Shown here in pieces: positions 39,522 to 51,308 of a stretch of 64,000 nt of DNA. Under the pieces are notes generated by a model that had not been told where the DNA came from, did not search any database, and saw only the letters and a list, made by a program, of their open reading frames with translations. The DNA comes from a bacterium (lineage in GTDB: Bacteria; SAR324; NAC60-12). Location of the stretch: NCBI GenBank assembly GCA_965205865.1, contig CBDBHR010000030.1, positions 1,191,866-1,255,865 of the forward strand. The letters run 5' to 3'. The translations under genes were made by a program, and so were the position numbers. How positions within the stretch are numbered: position 1 is the first letter of the stretch; each line of letters starts with the position of its first letter.

Positions 39522-40976
39522 CTATTCTTTCCAAAAAGAAGGATAAAACAGGACAATCACCGCAAACATTTCCAATCGCCCTGCCAGCATATTGAAAGAG
39601 AGGAACCATTTTCCAATGACGGAAAAATCATTAAATTGATGGCCAGGTCCCACTTCTCCGAATCCCACGCCGACATTCATGATTGTGGCGATAACGGCAC
39701 ACATCGAACTGAAGTACTCCATCTCTTCCGTCAGTGCCAGCAAACCGCCTCCCAGCAAGATCCAAAGGATATTGACAATGAAAAAACTGAGGACCAATTC
39801 CACGGCTTTCACATCGAGCGAACGTCGGTCGATGCGGATGGGTCTCACTTCCAGGGGCTGCATCATTTTTCTAATCGTGGCATGCAAATATTTCAAGATA
39901 ATAACGTAATGTATAATTTTGATCCCGCTGGTGGTCGATCCTGCCGACGCGCCAATGAACAATGTAATGAAAAGAAACATTTGAGCCGGGTGAGGCCATA
40001 ATTCATAATCGACCGTCGTGAATCCGGTGGTTGTGAGCAGAGAGACGACTTGAAATGTTCCATGGCGGAGAGCGTCTGTCGGGGAATACGCATTTTCCCG
40101 CCATAATACCAGGGAAACGATGCTACAAATAAACAAGGTGATGCCAATGTACCAGCGAATTTCCGTGTTGATTTTCACAGATTCCCAGTTTCTTTTCAAG
40201 AGTTGATAGTGGAAAATAAAACTCATTCCTCCTAAAAACATAAAAAGGATCGTCACCCAGTCGACATAAGCATTGTTGTAATGCCCTATACTGGTGTTTT
40301 GGAGAGAGTAACCGGCAGTAGCCACCGTTCCGAAAGCATGGCAGAAAGCGTCAAACAAGGGTATACCTCCTCCCCGGAGCATGACACCATTCAAAAAAAC
40401 AATTCCCAGATAGATCAGGCAAAGCCGAATTGCCATTCCTTTCATCCGCAGAGGGAATTTTTTCGGAGTGACGACTTGCCCCGGATCTGCTTCTGATGAA
40501 TAGAATGCCATCCCCCCTGATGACATGACAGGCAGGATAAAAATGGCGATCAGGAGAATAACCATCCCTCCCAGAAAATGGGTAAAGCTTCGCCAGAAAA
40601 GCAGCCCGTGCGGAAGGGATTCAATATCCGTTAAAATGGTAGCCCCGGTTGTCGTGAAACCGGACATCATTTCAAAAAAGGCATCGGTAAACGAAGGGAT
40701 CGCGCCATGAATCATAAAAGGCAACGTTGAAACGAAACAGATCAGGATCCATCCCACCGAAACAACGACGAAACCGTCCTTCACGCTCAATCTGGAATGC
40801 CTGCGAAAAAATTGCCAAAACAGCAATCCGACGATGATGGCAATGGCTGCGGTGAGGAATAACGCGGAAGCGTCTCCGTCGCCATAAATAAGGGCCACCA
40901 GAAAAGGAAACACCATCATGCAACCCGTCACGACGGTCAAGATCCCCAAAACATACAAAATAGCAAAAAAATTCAT
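39522..40976 (-). CDS. trkH: TrkH/KtrB-family K+ uptake membrane subunit
   Basis: 484 aa polytopic protein with repeated selectivity-filter-like motifs TTGFT/TTGAT and GASAGSTTSGIKI. Confidence 0.85.
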   Translation of the reverse strand: MNFFAILYVLGILTVVTGCMMVFPFLVALIYGDGDASALFLTAAIAIIVGLLFWQFFRRHSRLSVKDGFVVVSVGWILICFVSTLPFMIHGAIPSFTDAFFEMMSGFTTTGATILTDIESLPHGLLFWRSFTHFLGGMVILLIAIFILPVMSSGGMAFYSSEADPGQVVTPKKFPLRMKGMAIRLCLIYLGIVFLNGVMLRGGGIPLFDAFCHAFGTVATAGYSLQNTSIGHYNNAYVDWVTILFMFLGGMSFIFHYQLLKRNWESVKINTEIRWYIGITLFICSIVSLVLWRENAYSPTDALRHGTFQVVSLLTTTGFTTVDYELWPHPAQMFLFITLFIGASAGSTTSGIKIIHYVIILKYLHATIRKMMQPLEVRPIRIDRRSLDVKAVELVLSFFIVNILWILLGGGLLALTEEMEYFSSMCAVIATIMNVGVGFGEVGPGHQFNDFSVIGKWFLSFNMLAGRLEMFAVIVLFYPSFWKE

Positions 40977-41254
40977 CCAACCCCTTCTCCAAAAACAATG
41001 AGGACAGGGTCCACTGACCTGAAAAATGCCACTTCTTGATCTCTCATAGCAGAAAAACCCGCATGAGGCACTTGAATTTTATTGGAATCACAATCATTCT
41101 TTTCCCATGATTTTTTTGTCATCCTTCAAAAAAGGGAGTAGCGCAGTTTGCGGGATTGCATCAGCATTTGTGTCAATTCGCGAGACGATATGTTACATTG
41201 AACACGTTCTTTTCAAATTGCTATCATACCTGTTATTTTTTTGGGAAAGGCAGA

Positions 41255-41899
41255 ATGGGACAGGAAAAAACTGCATTGATTGTTTGCAATGGAGTACCTC
41301 CCACAAAAGAATTGATACGGCAATTGTGGCAAAAGGTTGATTTAAAAATCTGTGCTGATGGGGGAGCGAATCATGTGATTTCGCAGGGATTCCAGCCAGA
41401 CGTCGTGGTGGGAGATATGGACTCGATTCTTCCTGAAATCCGGCAGCAGCTTGCTCCTGAACGACTGATTCAAATTGCGGATCAAATTACCAATGACGGA
41501 GATAAGGCCCTGCGTTATTGTTTGATGCGTCAAATTCAAAAAGTGTACGTCTTAGGAGCAGCTGGAAGTCGCAGTGACCATTTTTTGGCCAATATCGAAT
41601 TACTCTATAAATATGGTTCTCATCTGAAAATTATTTTATGGACCGGATGCGAACAAATCGAAGTGATTGATGGGGAATGGCAGGGAATTTTTCCTCCGGG
41701 CACGACATTGTCGTTGCATCCTTTGTTTGGTGCGGTTCATGGGATAACCACGAGCGGGTTGGCTTGGCCTTTGAAGAAGCAAACATTACAAATGGGAAAA
41801 GATCCCATGGGAGTTTCAAATAAAACTACAAAACCCACCGTCCATATTTCCATGGAGGAGGGGAAACTATTGTTGATCACCCAGAATTTCTGCTGTTGA
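41255..41899 (+). CDS. Thiamine pyrophosphokinase
   Basis: ALIVCNG...ADGGANH...VGDMDSI...LGAAGSRSDHFLANI; Shine-Dalgarno GGGAAAGG upstream of MGQEK. Confidence 0.8.
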   Translation: MGQEKTALIVCNGVPPTKELIRQLWQKVDLKICADGGANHVISQGFQPDVVVGDMDSILPEIRQQLAPERLIQIADQITNDGDKALRYCLMRQIQKVYVLGAAGSRSDHFLANIELLYKYGSHLKIILWTGCEQIEVIDGEWQGIFPPGTTLSLHPLFGAVHGITTSGLAWPLKKQTLQMGKDPMGVSNKTTKPTVHISMEEGKLLLITQNFCC

Positions 41900-42025
41900 T
41901 TACCCCTGCCATTTATGATGTTTCGTGATCCAAATCTTTATACCAATATGACTCTTGGCGTGACTTCATTTCCTCTTTTTCAATAAATTTTTTCACTGAC
42001 CTTGGTAGGAAAAAAGAAAATTTAC

Positions 42026-42053
42026 TTGACAGAAATATTTCCAATACTATAAT
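42026..42053 (+). promoter_or_regulatory. Sigma70-type promoter of the hrcA operon
   Basis: TTGACA (42026-42031), 16-bp spacer, TATAAT (42048-42053). Confidence 0.75.
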
Positions 42054-42079
42054 TAGCACTCATAGCAAGCGAGTGCTAA
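42053..42079 (+). promoter_or_regulatory. CIRCE operator (HrcA binding site)
   Basis: Perfect TTAGCACTC-N9-GAGTGCTAA inverted repeat immediately downstream of the -10 box. Confidence 0.9.
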
Positions 42080-42144
42080 TACTAATCAGACACCAGATGA
42101 AGATTATCAGAAGTGGTCGTAAGGTTCATGTGGGAGACGGATCT

Positions 42145-43221
42145 ATGAAGAAAGAAGGACAGATTTTGGAGAAAAATTTGCCAGAAATTGATGATCGCAC
42201 CCAAAGGGTATTAACAGGGATCATTGACAACTATATACAGACCACCGAACCCGTGGGTTCACGCACGCTATCAAAGACGTTGGATGTTGAACTTTCACCG
42301 GCAACCATTCGTAACATCATGGTCGATTTATCGGAAATGGGTTATTTGAAGCAAACCCACACGTCTGCAGGAAGGATTCCAACGGACAAGGCATATCGCT
42401 TTTATGTGGATTCTCTTGCAGTGGCCAATGATTTACCGAAGAGTATTCAGACGACGCTCAATGAAGTTTCTCATCTCAGTGGACCTCAAGTGGAGCAACT
42501 CTTGGTCAACACCACTCGAGTATTGGCAAATTTGACGGAATTCATATGCGTGGTTTCCGCTCCAAAAGCGGAAGCAAGTCTTCTCCAGCGTATCGAATTC
42601 ATCAAGGTCAACTCACGTGAAATTTTGGTGATCCTTATTACCAAATCGGGGTTGGTGCGTAACAAAATTATTGAATCAAGCGAAGGGTTGTCTCAAAATT
42701 TTCTCAATTCAGTGGCGCAATTCCTCAATGAACAATTTCAAAACTCATCACTTCTGGAAATTCGTAATAAGATCCTGGAAAGTATGTTGGAAGATAAGGA
42801 ACGCTACGACACCTTGCTGGCACAGGCGGTGCGTTTGGGGAAAAAGGCATTTGAACTCGACACGCCACCGGAATTGTACGTGGAGGGACAGATTGGTTTA
42901 ATGTTGAGTACGAAATTCAAGAAGCAAGAGACCATCAAGTCCTTGTTAGAAGCATTCGAGGAAAAGAGTACCATCATGGCAATTGTCGACAACACCCTGG
43001 CGGCGGACCGGATTCAAATTTTTATAGGGGTAGAAAACAAATACCAGGGATTGCAGGAATGTTCCATGATCACTGCGGCGTATGGTTTAAAAAACAATGT
43101 TCTTGGAATGGTGGGGGTGGTTGGACCGACTTGCATGGATTATCAGCGCATCATACCTGTGGTCGATTATACCGCAAAAATCCTGACGGCATCCCTTTCG
43201 GAACACGCCCAAATTGAATAG
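42145..43221 (+). CDS. hrcA: Heat-inducible transcription repressor HrcA
   Basis: RTQRVLTGIIDNYIQTTEPVGSRTLSK (winged helix) plus C-terminal HrcA domain. Start chosen downstream of CIRCE with a GGAG Shine-Dalgarno. Confidence 0.9.
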   Translation: MKKEGQILEKNLPEIDDRTQRVLTGIIDNYIQTTEPVGSRTLSKTLDVELSPATIRNIMVDLSEMGYLKQTHTSAGRIPTDKAYRFYVDSLAVANDLPKSIQTTLNEVSHLSGPQVEQLLVNTTRVLANLTEFICVVSAPKAEASLLQRIEFIKVNSREILVILITKSGLVRNKIIESSEGLSQNFLNSVAQFLNEQFQNSSLLEIRNKILESMLEDKERYDTLLAQAVRLGKKAFELDTPPELYVEGQIGLMLSTKFKKQETIKSLLEAFEEKSTIMAIVDNTLAADRIQIFIGVENKYQGLQECSMITAAYGLKNNVLGMVGVVGPTCMDYQRIIPVVDYTAKILTASLSEHAQIE

Positions 43222-43265
43222 CAAGCAATTGGCAAAAAGAGGTCTTTCAACTTTGTATAAAAATC

Positions 43266-44000
43266 ATGAGAGTAAATAATCCTAAAGAGGTGAAAGAAGA
43301 AAACTATAATATGTCAGAAGAATCAGAAGATAAAATTTCCTCGTCTGAAAATCCACATGAAAAGGAAATCGCAAACGAAACAAACAACGGACTTGAATCC
43401 CGGAAAAACCAAACACCGGATTTACAAGAAGATTCGGTTGCAAATGGAGTAACAGAAGGGCAGCCAGAGACTTCCGAAACAAGAGAGGTCGAATCAACAG
43501 AGAGTGAGGATACGCCTCCGGAAGTCAAGCCGGAGGAGCAACTGGAACAAGCGCAACAACAAGTCGAAGCATTACAAGATCGTTTGCTACGCATGAACGC
43601 CGAATTTGAGAATTACAAGAGACGCATAGCCAAGGAGAACGCAGAAAGATTCAAATTTTATCACATGGGTTTGGTGAAAGAATTGCTGCCTGCGTTGGAC
43701 AGTTTGGAGAGGGCCATCGAGCATGGTCAAAAAGAAAATACGACAACTCAAGCAATGCTGGAAGGAATTCAGATGGTTTATAAGCTCAATCAAGAAGCAC
43801 TCGAGAAATTTTCAGTGTCTAAAATTGAAGCAATTGGAGAGCCATTTGACCCTGCTGTTCATCAAGCGGTAGGGACGGTTGAATCAAACACGGTTCCGGA
43901 AAATCATGTGGTCGATCAATTCCAGATCGGTTATCTGCTACATAAGCGGGTGATTCGACCGGCTATGGTTCGTGTGTGTCAAAAAAACAACAATGAATGA
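43266..44000 (+). CDS. grpE: Nucleotide exchange factor GrpE (start could be the internal ATG at 43311)
   Basis: LQDRLLRMNAEFENYKRRIAKE, and LLPALDSLERA. Confidence 0.9.
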   Translation: MRVNNPKEVKEENYNMSEESEDKISSSENPHEKEIANETNNGLESRKNQTPDLQEDSVANGVTEGQPETSETREVESTESEDTPPEVKPEEQLEQAQQQVEALQDRLLRMNAEFENYKRRIAKENAERFKFYHMGLVKELLPALDSLERAIEHGQKENTTTQAMLEGIQMVYKLNQEALEKFSVSKIEAIGEPFDPAVHQAVGTVESNTVPENHVVDQFQIGYLLHKRVIRPAMVRVCQKNNNE

Positions 44001-44039
44001 GGCGTAGAACGCGACGCCGAATGAAACAAGGAGCGATTT

Positions 44040-45965
44040 ATGGGAAAAGTTATTGGAATTGATTTAGGAACAACAAACTCTTGTGTGGCTGTTATGGAAG
44101 GGGGAGATCCCAAAGTCATTCAGAACGCGGAAGGGACGCGGACTACGCCTTCCATGATTGCATTCAATGATGCGGGAGAGCGTCTCAGTGGTCAAATCGC
44201 AAAACGACAAGCAGTCACCAATCCCAGCCGCACTATTTTTTCCATCAAGCGATTGATGGGACAAAAATTGGTGGCGGAAGAAGTGAAACGCCTGGAAGCT
44301 GTAGCCCCTTACAAAGTGATGGCAGGACCTTCCAATCTCGCCTATGTGGAAATCGACGGGAAAAAATACTCTCCTCCTGAAATTTCCGGATTCGTTTTGC
44401 AAAAAATGAAACAGACGGCGGAAGATTATCTGGGTGAAGAAGTGACCGATGCCGTCATCACAGTGCCTGCTTATTTCAATGACAGTCAGCGACAAGCCAC
44501 AAAAGATGCGGGTAAAATTGCGGGTTTGAATGTTTTACGGATCATCAATGAACCAACCGCCGCCTCGCTGGCTTATGGCCTGGATAAGAAAAGCGACGAG
44601 AAAATCGCCGTTTTTGATTTAGGAGGGGGAACTTTTGATATTTCCATTCTCGAGATTGGGGATGGTGTCTTTGAAGTGAAGGCAACCAATGGAGACACGT
44701 TTTTAGGGGGGGATGATTTTGACAATCGCTTGATCAATTTTCTGGCAGATGAATTCAAAAAAGAACAGGCGATCGATCTCAGACAAGACAAGATGGCACT
44801 TCAACGATTGAAAGAAGCGGCTGAAAAAGCCAAACATGAGCTCTCTTCGAGTATGCAAACCGATGTCAATCTCCCTTTCATTACAGCAGATGCTTCAGGC
44901 CCCAAGCATATGAATCTCAAAATTTCCCGTGCTAAATTCGAACAGCTTGTCGAGGAGTTGACCCAACGCTGTTTAGAGCCTTGTAAACGGGCATTGCGGG
45001 ATGCGAAATGCACGGCCAGCGACATCGATGAAGTGATTCTGGTAGGAGGAATGATTCGCATGCCCCGTATACAGGCTCTGGTCAAAGACTTTTTTGGCAA
45101 GGAACCTCATAAAGGTGTCAATCCGGATGAGGTGGTTGCAATTGGCGCCGCAATTCAAGGGGGCGTGCTCAGAGGAGACGTAAAGGATGTCTTATTGCTG
45201 GACGTGACGCCGCTTTCCCTCGGAATCGAAACCCTGGGAGGGGTGATGACTAAATTGATTGAACGCAACACGACCATTCCTACCCGTAAGAGCCAGACCT
45301 TTTCCACTGCCGCCGACAATCAACCTGCAGTGAGCATTCATGTCTTGCAGGGAGAGCGCGAAATGGTTGCTGGCAATAAAACCCTCGGACGATTTGAATT
45401 GGTTGGCATTCCTCCGGCACCTCGTGGAATTCCTCAGATCGAAGTCACCTTCGACATCGATGCGAACGGCATCGTGCATGTCAATGCCAAAGACTTGGGA
45501 ACTGGCAAAGAACAAAAGATCAAAATCACGACCTCCAGCGGACTTTCAGAAGAAGAAGTGGAAAGAATGGTCCGCGAAGCGGAGCAATATGCGGAGGATG
45601 ATAAAAAGCAACGTGAAAAAGTAGAAACAAAAAACGAAGCGGAAACATTGATCTACAGTACGGAAAAATCCCTCGGTGAAGTGGGAGACAAATTGCCCGA
45701 AACCGACAAAACCAATATCCGGGCTGCCATCGAACAATTGAAAAAAGATGTGGAAGGTGGGGATGTGGAAACCATAAAAGCCAGCATCGGCACCCTGACG
45801 GAAGCCTCTCATAAACTGGCGGAGTTCCTCTATGCCCAAGCAACTCGACAACAGGCGGCTGCAGGCGAGGAGACGACTTCGACTGAGAGTTCTACTGATT
45901 CTGAGAAGCCGGATGATGATGACAATGTGGTGGATGCCGAATTCGAAGAAATCAAGAAAGATTAA
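44040..45965 (+). CDS. dnaK: Molecular chaperone DnaK (Hsp70)
   Basis: [31 protein letters not shown]; 641 aa. Confidence 0.97.
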   Translation: MGKVIGIDLGTTNSCVAVMEGGDPKVIQNAEGTRTTPSMIAFNDAGERLSGQIAKRQAVTNPSRTIFSIKRLMGQKLVAEEVKRLEAVAPYKVMAGPSNLAYVEIDGKKYSPPEISGFVLQKMKQTAEDYLGEEVTDAVITVPAYFNDSQRQATKDAGKIAGLNVLRIINEPTAASLAYGLDKKSDEKIAVFDLGGGTFDISILEIGDGVFEVKATNGDTFLGGDDFDNRLINFLADEFKKEQAIDLRQDKMALQRLKEAAEKAKHELSSSMQTDVNLPFITADASGPKHMNLKISRAKFEQLVEELTQRCLEPCKRALRDAKCTASDIDEVILVGGMIRMPRIQALVKDFFGKEPHKGVNPDEVVAIGAAIQGGVLRGDVKDVLLLDVTPLSLGIETLGGVMTKLIERNTTIPTRKSQTFSTAADNQPAVSIHVLQGEREMVAGNKTLGRFELVGIPPAPRGIPQIEVTFDIDANGIVHVNAKDLGTGKEQKIKITTSSGLSEEEVERMVREAEQYAEDDKKQREKVETKNEAETLIYSTEKSLGEVGDKLPETDKTNIRAAIEQLKKDVEGGDVETIKASIGTLTEASHKLAEFLYAQATRQQAAAGEETTSTESSTDSEKPDDDDNVVDAEFEEIKKD

Positions 45966-45988
45966 ACGGAATTTAAGAGAGAAGTCTT

Positions 45989-47113
45989 TTGGCAAAACGC
46001 GATTATTACGAGGTTCTTGGTGTTTCCAAATCCGCATCTGACGATGATCTAAAAAAAGCCTATCGTAAAGTTGCATTAAGATACCACCCCGACCGCAATC
46101 CTGGAGATAAGAAAGCGGAAGAAAAATTCAAGGAAGCGACTGAAGCATACGAAGTGCTCAGCAATGCTGAAAAGCGCACTCGTTATGATCGTTTCGGGCA
46201 TGCCGGTGTGGGTCAAGGTTCCGAAGGGATGGGAGATCCGTTTTCAAATTTTGGAAGCGGTGGGCTTGGAGACGTATTCGATGACATTTTCGGTCAATTT
46301 TTTGGCGGATCGTCTCGTAACAGCGGATCAAGGAGAGCTCAGCGAGGTGCGGACCTGCAATATAATCTGGAAGTTACTTTTGAGCAGGCCGCTTTTGGAC
46401 ATAGCGCTGAACTCGATATTCCCCGTTTGGAAACCTGCGGACAGTGTGGTGGTCTCGGAGCCCGTTCTTCGAAGGATATCGAAATATGCGGTGTCTGCCA
46501 GGGAACCGGACAGCAAAGTGTGCAGCAGGGTTTCTTCAGTGTTGCCACCGCCTGTAATCGTTGTCATGGAGAAGGAAAAATCATCCGCAGACCCTGCCCC
46601 GCCTGTCAAGGGAGCACTCGTATCACAAAGACTAAAACACTGCGTGTCAATATTCCTGCAGGGGTGGACAATGGATCCCGTATCAAAATAACCGGTGAGG
46701 GTGAACAAGGTCCGCATGGTGGACCTGCCGGTGATCTCCATGTCGTGCTTCAAGTCAGGCAACATCCCATTTTTGAACGTGTGGAAAGTGATCTGTATTG
46801 CGAAGTGCCGATCAGTGTCAGCAAAGCGGCACTGGGAACGGAAATTGAAGTACCAACCTTGGAAGGAGCTGCACGACTCAAAATCCCCCCTGGTTCACAA
46901 ACTCACAGAGTATTTCGCCTCCGCAACAAGGGCATTGTCCATCTGAGAACTAACAGAAGGGGAGATTTGCATGTCAGAATCGTCGTTGAAACCCCCACAA
47001 ACCTGACATCCAAGCAACAGGAATTATTGGAAGATTTCGAAAAAATTTCCAATGAACGAAGCCATCCCTTACATACGAAATTCGTAGACAAAATCAAAGA
47101 ACTGTTTTCCTGA
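45989..47113 (+). CDS. dnaJ: Molecular chaperone DnaJ (TTG start)
   Basis: J domain [18 protein letters not shown] region, and four CxxCxGxG zinc-finger repeats. Confidence 0.95.
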   Translation: MAKRDYYEVLGVSKSASDDDLKKAYRKVALRYHPDRNPGDKKAEEKFKEATEAYEVLSNAEKRTRYDRFGHAGVGQGSEGMGDPFSNFGSGGLGDVFDDIFGQFFGGSSRNSGSRRAQRGADLQYNLEVTFEQAAFGHSAELDIPRLETCGQCGGLGARSSKDIEICGVCQGTGQQSVQQGFFSVATACNRCHGEGKIIRRPCPACQGSTRITKTKTLRVNIPAGVDNGSRIKITGEGEQGPHGGPAGDLHVVLQVRQHPIFERVESDLYCEVPISVSKAALGTEIEVPTLEGAARLKIPPGSQTHRVFRLRNKGIVHLRTNRRGDLHVRIVVETPTNLTSKQQELLEDFEKISNERSHPLHTKFVDKIKELFS

Positions 47114-47223
47114 TTCTTGCTATAAACCCGGTATTTCTCCACTTCGTAAGGACTAGGCATTCAGATTTCTTAGTTGCTCACAAGGTATTCAGCCGGCAAA
47201 GCAATTGCCATGAAAGTCCATTT

Positions 47224-48384
47224 ATGAATCATTCTGACAATGTCCATCGACTGCAACTGAAAGACAAGGAAGTGCTTCTCATTGGGACAGCCCACATTTC
47301 TCGAGAAAGTACCAACGAAGTGATGCAGGTGATTGAACACGAACAGCCCAAGACGGTTTGTGTCGAACTGTGCAAGTCTCGATATGAAGCTCTTTCCCGC
47401 AAAGACCACTGGAAAAGCATGGACATATTCAAAGTTATCCGGGAGAAAAAAACTTTTTTACTCCTGGCCAATATCATCCTGGCTTCTTTTCAAAAAAGGC
47501 TGGGGAACAAATTGGGCATTCAACCCGGCCGGGAAATGATCGTAGCCATTGATTCGGCAAAAGCCATTCAGGCAAACATTGTGCTGGCAGATCGAGACGT
47601 ACAAACCACCTTTCTGAAAACCTGGCGCATGCTTCCTTTTCGGGAAAAAGTGAAAGTGCTCATGCAGATGATGATGAGTGTTTTTGTCTCGGAGGAAATC
47701 AGCCGAGACGATATCGAAAAAATGAAGACCCAGGATGTGTTGACAGAAACCATGGAGATCTTCTCCCGTCAATCACCAATGATGAAAAAGGTTCTCATTG
47801 ACGAACGAGATCAATATCTTGCAGAAAAAATCAGGACGGCGCCCGGGGAAAAAATCGTCGCGGTGGTGGGCGCAGGACATGTACCTGGAATAAAAAAAGA
47901 AATAAACCACTCGCACGACTTACCTGTCTTGGAACAGGTACCATCTCCTGCGCGGTGGGGAAATTGGTTGAAATGGGGTATTCCTGCCTTGATCATCTCC
48001 TTGATTGCTTATGGTTTTTTTCTCGCCGATTGGAATGTTGGCATTGAAATGGTAAAACGCTGGTTTTTGATCAATGGGATTTTGTCGGCTCTCGGAGTAG
48101 TACTGGCGGCAGGTCATCCTTTGACCATCCTTTCTGCTTTCATTGCCGCCCCTTTCACGTCTCTGAATCCTACCATCGCAGCAGGTTGGGTTGCCGGGTT
48201 GGTCGAAGCGTTTGTGCGTAAACCACAGGTTCGGGATTTTGAAAACCTCATGGAGGACATCACCCATATCTCCGGATTCTGGAGAAACAAAGTCACCCGT
48301 ATTCTTCTGATTGTTGTTTTTGCGAATGTCGGCAGTATGGTGGGGACATTCATTGGCGGTGGGGCCATCATCGAACTATTGTAA
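47224..48384 (+). CDS. TraB/GumN-family protein with C-terminal TM segments
   Basis: LIGTAHIS...TVCVELC...VVGAGHV motifs of the TraB family. Confidence 0.75.
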   Translation: MNHSDNVHRLQLKDKEVLLIGTAHISRESTNEVMQVIEHEQPKTVCVELCKSRYEALSRKDHWKSMDIFKVIREKKTFLLLANIILASFQKRLGNKLGIQPGREMIVAIDSAKAIQANIVLADRDVQTTFLKTWRMLPFREKVKVLMQMMMSVFVSEEISRDDIEKMKTQDVLTETMEIFSRQSPMMKKVLIDERDQYLAEKIRTAPGEKIVAVVGAGHVPGIKKEINHSHDLPVLEQVPSPARWGNWLKWGIPALIISLIAYGFFLADWNVGIEMVKRWFLINGILSALGVVLAAGHPLTILSAFIAAPFTSLNPTIAAGWVAGLVEAFVRKPQVRDFENLMEDITHISGFWRNKVTRILLIVVFANVGSMVGTFIGGGAIIELL

Positions 48385-48595
48385 CCTGAGTTCGAGATAA
48401 GAATTTAATAAATTCAATATGTTATGGAATTTTCATATCTTAGAGAAACCTTGTCATTCCTGCGAGATCCCTGCGTACGCAGGGAAGGAATCCAGAGGTA
48501 TGCGGCCAGACTGAAATCTGGATCCCCGCTTTCGCGAGGATGACATATACACTAGGATACTCATATTATTGAAGATTTATGTCGAACTCAGGTTA
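48383..48595. mobile_element. MITE copy C (~213 bp)
   Basis: TAACCTGAGTTCGAGATAA...TTATGTCGAACTCAGGTTA with TA on each side. Same internal palindromes as copies A and B. Confidence 0.8.
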
Positions 48596-48620
48596 TTGTG
48601 AGAATCTCGGGAGAACACGG

Positions 48621-49238
48621 ATGTTGCGGTTTTTTTTCGATGTCGATGGAGTTTTACTCAATTTTGAAAAGAGTTATGTCCGTGTCTTGAAGGACTATTT
48701 TAAATTGGACGTTCCTGATGATTTCGAGATGGCAGACTGGTTTTTCAAGGATGTGCTGGATGAGAATCAACTCAAAGAAAGCTGGGAATATTTTATCGGC
48801 AGCGACCATTTTAGCCGACTCTCTCCGCTAATCAACCCGGAACGGTTCAATCGTGTCTTTGGGGCCTACCCAGTGCATTTCATCACAAATATCCCTCGAC
48901 AGTATTTAGAAAAGCGAAAACAAAACCTGAAAGATGCTGGATTTCGCTGGCATTCCCTGCATTGTGGCGGAATGGTATCCTTTGATTACAATCCTCCGGT
49001 GACCAAGGCAGAAATTATCCGTCAGCTGGCGCGGGATGAGGAGATATTGGTATTCGTGGATGATCATCCGGACAATTGTATGAACGTTCATGAGCATTTT
49101 TCTCAAGCAAAAGTCTGGCTTATTTCTCGTCCTTTCAATCAACATTTCACTCATTCCGTGATTCGCCGCGCCGATCATTGGGATACCCTCATTGCCTTTT
49201 CAAAAGACTTGATCAACGCCGTAGTGAATCACCGCTGA
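48621..49238 (+). CDS. HAD-superfamily hydrolase, 5'(3')-deoxyribonucleotidase-like
   Basis: FFDVDGVL (HAD motif I, DxDGV) at the proposed start; ~205 aa. Confidence 0.5.
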   Translation: MLRFFFDVDGVLLNFEKSYVRVLKDYFKLDVPDDFEMADWFFKDVLDENQLKESWEYFIGSDHFSRLSPLINPERFNRVFGAYPVHFITNIPRQYLEKRKQNLKDAGFRWHSLHCGGMVSFDYNPPVTKAEIIRQLARDEEILVFVDDHPDNCMNVHEHFSQAKVWLISRPFNQHFTHSVIRRADHWDTLIAFSKDLINAVVNHR

Positions 49239-49526
49239 GCCTCTCTGCACTGCCCTCTTGAAGCCAGAACCCAGGACCCACATGGCGTGGCCTGCGCCTG
49301 GATTCCCGCTCAAGCCAGGAATGACAAAAATTGAAAATCACAGACTGCTGTCTAAACTAATCCGGAGAATAAAGGGGAAGTCCCGGCACTTGTTCTTGGG
49401 GAGAGATGGCAACGTCAGCATGAAGTGATTTATTTGGAAGTCTGAATATCTGCGGGGAATTCAAGCATAGTCAGAACTGGACGCAAAGTGAAAAAAAATC
49501 TGCCGCTTTTTTTAAACCGGAAGGAC

Positions 49527-51068
49527 TCAAAAAGAATAAAAAATCCGAGCCACTAGATGAGTGATGGGTTCATTCCTTTCCAGAGGGGTATGATTGTCAT
49601 TGTAATTGAATGCTTCTCCTGCCATGAAAAAGTTGATTTCCAGCTCCGTATGCAAGTGCTTGTCCCATTTCCAAAAAAGCGTGTTATCCCACTCCAGGCC
49701 GATATTACTCACTTGCTTTCCAATCGCATTCAGGGTTGGCTTGCTACGAGCGAGCTGGAACAATCCCCCTCGATACATGAAGGAATATTCCTCCAATGTC
49801 AATTGGTACCATCCTCCAAACATGTTGGTATTGCTGACCGAATGCCCCAAACCGGTTCCGCTTGTCAACCCCAATCCCCCACCATTGAAGTAAAAATTGG
49901 TTCCTTGATAAGTGCCTGGAACGATTTCATGGTAGCCATTCAAAGTTCGTAAGAAGTTGGCGCCGCTGTTATCAGGATCATTTATTTCCTCGTCACCAGA
50001 CGCTATCAAACCTCGAAAACCAATTTGATGGTTATCAAGCTGATAACTCAGTTCCAATTCGCTGGCCACACCCGCTATCGATTGTTTGCTCCGTTCTGAG
50101 CTATCTTTTAAATGGTAACGGCGTTTTCCCTGATTGCCGGTTAGATCGAATCTCAAATTAAGTGGATATAATTCCCAGTTCACCAAAATTCCAAAATATT
50201 CTTGCTCTCTTGCATCATAGTACCAACCCTTTTCCCCTGTTGTTGCTTGCATTGTTGTCGTCTCGCGAAAGACGGGACCGTTGCCTCTGCCCAGAGGAAC
50301 ATCACGCTCCGTATAAAGGATACGGAATATTTCTATATCCAATAAGCGCGATGTGGCGCCATCCTCATTTTGTTCATGAAAGACGGGATAATTCAGGGAA
50401 CCATAGTACAGCCATTCGGCTGAATGCCGGCCAATTTTGGCTGCTCCTAACTGGTAACACCAAGTTCCTATTGTACAATCTTGAGAAATACCTGTGAGGA
50501 TTCCCGAAAAAACTTTGCCTCGACGGTCTCCAATATTGAATGCGTGTTTCCCTGCTCTCAGAATATTCCGTGGATTGGAGTTGTATTCCAAAAATGCCTG
50601 CCGTGCCTGAACCTGGGCCGATTGAGAATCCGGTACCTTTCTCAAGGAATTTTCTTCTCTCAAATTTGCTTCCTGCCAAGGTCCTTGCCGGATTTCCAAT
50701 TCGGCATTGATAGAAAGATTGCGATGGAAGATGGAATGCAATCCGATTCTCAGTTCGTGTTCGAAAGACAAGTCCTTGGGGTTGATTTCGTTTTCTCCAT
50801 AGGGAGGAAAGGTACTGCTGTCCATATGCCTGACATGCAAGCGATAATCTGCCGAAATTTTCAAACCTGCAGAAAACATCAGGGTATCCTCCCTTTCTTC
50901 TACGTCTTCCGCACTCATAGGGGTAAAATTTGATTGAGCGAACGCATTGCCTGCAATCCATGCAATTGCGATCCAACTGACAAGGAAGATTTGCAAGAAA
51001 AAGTATACGGACCGCTCGTAGCTCAGGGGAACCAGCCGTCTACCAATTTTCGGAAAAAAATGTTTCAT
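49527..51068 (-). CDS. Putative outer-membrane beta-barrel protein
   Basis: Signal peptide ending AFA-Q, alternating amphipathic strands, and a C-terminal ...RIFYSF with terminal aromatic residue. Confidence 0.45.
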   Translation of the reverse strand: MKHFFPKIGRRLVPLSYERSVYFFLQIFLVSWIAIAWIAGNAFAQSNFTPMSAEDVEEREDTLMFSAGLKISADYRLHVRHMDSSTFPPYGENEINPKDLSFEHELRIGLHSIFHRNLSINAELEIRQGPWQEANLREENSLRKVPDSQSAQVQARQAFLEYNSNPRNILRAGKHAFNIGDRRGKVFSGILTGISQDCTIGTWCYQLGAAKIGRHSAEWLYYGSLNYPVFHEQNEDGATSRLLDIEIFRILYTERDVPLGRGNGPVFRETTTMQATTGEKGWYYDAREQEYFGILVNWELYPLNLRFDLTGNQGKRRYHLKDSSERSKQSIAGVASELELSYQLDNHQIGFRGLIASGDEEINDPDNSGANFLRTLNGYHEIVPGTYQGTNFYFNGGGLGLTSGTGLGHSVSNTNMFGGWYQLTLEEYSFMYRGGLFQLARSKPTLNAIGKQVSNIGLEWDNTLFWKWDKHLHTELEINFFMAGEAFNYNDNHTPLERNEPITHLVARIFYSF

Positions 51069-51308
51069 AAGGATTCGTCCGGAGTGGTTGCGCAAGAGGA
51101 TAAATAGATTACTTTCGCTGTGATTTATAAAGAAAAAATTTTGCTTTCACAAGTGTTTTTTAGAACTCTCTGAAAAAAACTGGCTTTTCCAGGGTGCCTT
51201 GATTACAAATATTGATCCGGCACTTTATAAATAGCTCGGACCACAGCAAAAGAGCCCATCTTTGGTAGGCTGATTCGTCGCATTGGCGTACTTCATTGAG
51301 GAATTCTT

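Noticed and set aside
42073-42144. N-terminal extension of hrcA starting at 42073
   Set aside because: It would begin inside the CIRCE operator and promoter; the ATG at 42145 has a GGAG Shine-Dalgarno.
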